DNA of 64,000 bases, taken from NCBI GenBank assembly GCA_963732645.1, contig CAVTAC010000011.1, positions 44,278 to 108,277 on the forward strand. Direction: 5' to 3'. The notes beneath the pieces were generated by a model. That model did no database searches, had not been told where the DNA came from, and saw nothing but the letters and a program-made list of their open reading frames with translations. The position numbers were made by a program, and so were the translations under genes. Position 1 is the first letter of the stretch. Each line of letters begins with the position of its first letter. Positions 63,798 to 64,000 of this stretch are shown piece by piece. Source of the DNA: an uncultured Actinomycetes bacterium (GTDB lineage: Bacteria; Actinomycetota; Thermoleophilia; Gaiellales; F1-60-MAGs149).

Positions 63798-64000
63798 CCG
63801 TCGGCCCGCCGGTAGCGCAGCAGCAGCACGAGCAGCGAGACGCCGCAGACCACGAGGTACGCCGCCAGCCAGCCGGCCGTCGACAGCTGCTGCGCGCCGT
63901 CCTCGACGTCGGGGAACATGCGCTGCGCGAGGATCACCGGGATCACGGGCAGCGCCAGCACCAGCACGTTGTCCGACGCGCCCGAGCCCCGCCAGCACCG
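63794..64000 (-). CDS. ABC transporter permease, C-terminal part (5' end outside window)
   Basis: Hydrophobic ...WLAAYLVVCGVSLLVLLLRYRRADG stop, ATGA overlap with the ATPase. Confidence 0.6.
   Translation of the reverse strand, partial: RCWRGSGASDNVLVLALPVIPVILAQRMFPDVEDGAQQLSTAGWLAAYLVVCGVSLLVLLLRYRRADG

Overview
Very GC-rich bacterial DNA, most consistent with a deep-branching actinobacterium of the Thermoleophilia type. This is inferred from the tmk-holB-ricT order, an HDOD protein, many apparently leaderless genes and the secreted-protein families. Many genes are split by single-base frameshifts in a way that looks like long-read indel error, so they are treated as intact. Layout: (1) 1-15.7 kb is an accessory-looking block ending at the 3' end of a tRNA-Thr(CGT). 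It holds an aldehyde dehydrogenase, an M20 deacylase, a toxin-antitoxin pair with an apparently deleted toxin, an NtaA-type monooxygenase, a homocysteine methyltransferase, a SigG-type ECF/cupin/TfoX/DUF1905 cassette, and an Rv0081-like ArsR heading a six-gene hyfB-C-E-F-G-I membrane complex. Unlike the mycobacterial Ehr complex, its large subunit keeps both NiFe CxxC motifs. (2) 15.8-21.6 kb: a methyltransferase, an ECF sigma factor fused to a zinc anti-sigma motif, a TM segment and an acidic tail, a DUF5666-like secreted protein, and ricT-holB-tmk. (3) 21.6-28.6 kb and 37.6-62.1 kb: a large dispersed envelope-glycan system with two priming transferases, two flippases, two O-antigen-ligase-like proteins, five GT-C-like membrane proteins, GT2/GT4s, a GT4-methyltransferase fusion, UDP-xylose synthase, a clan GH-A hydrolase and a CpsB phosphatase. 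(4) 32.5-37 kb: a DUF4331-TPR-His-rich Ni/Co transporter operon, followed by purE. (5) An ABC transporter at the right edge. Non-coding features include two GGGGTC(A/T)GACCCC REP-like doublets with related flanks and two ~20 bp bidirectional leaderless promoters. No CRISPR array, rRNA, integrase or transposase was seen.
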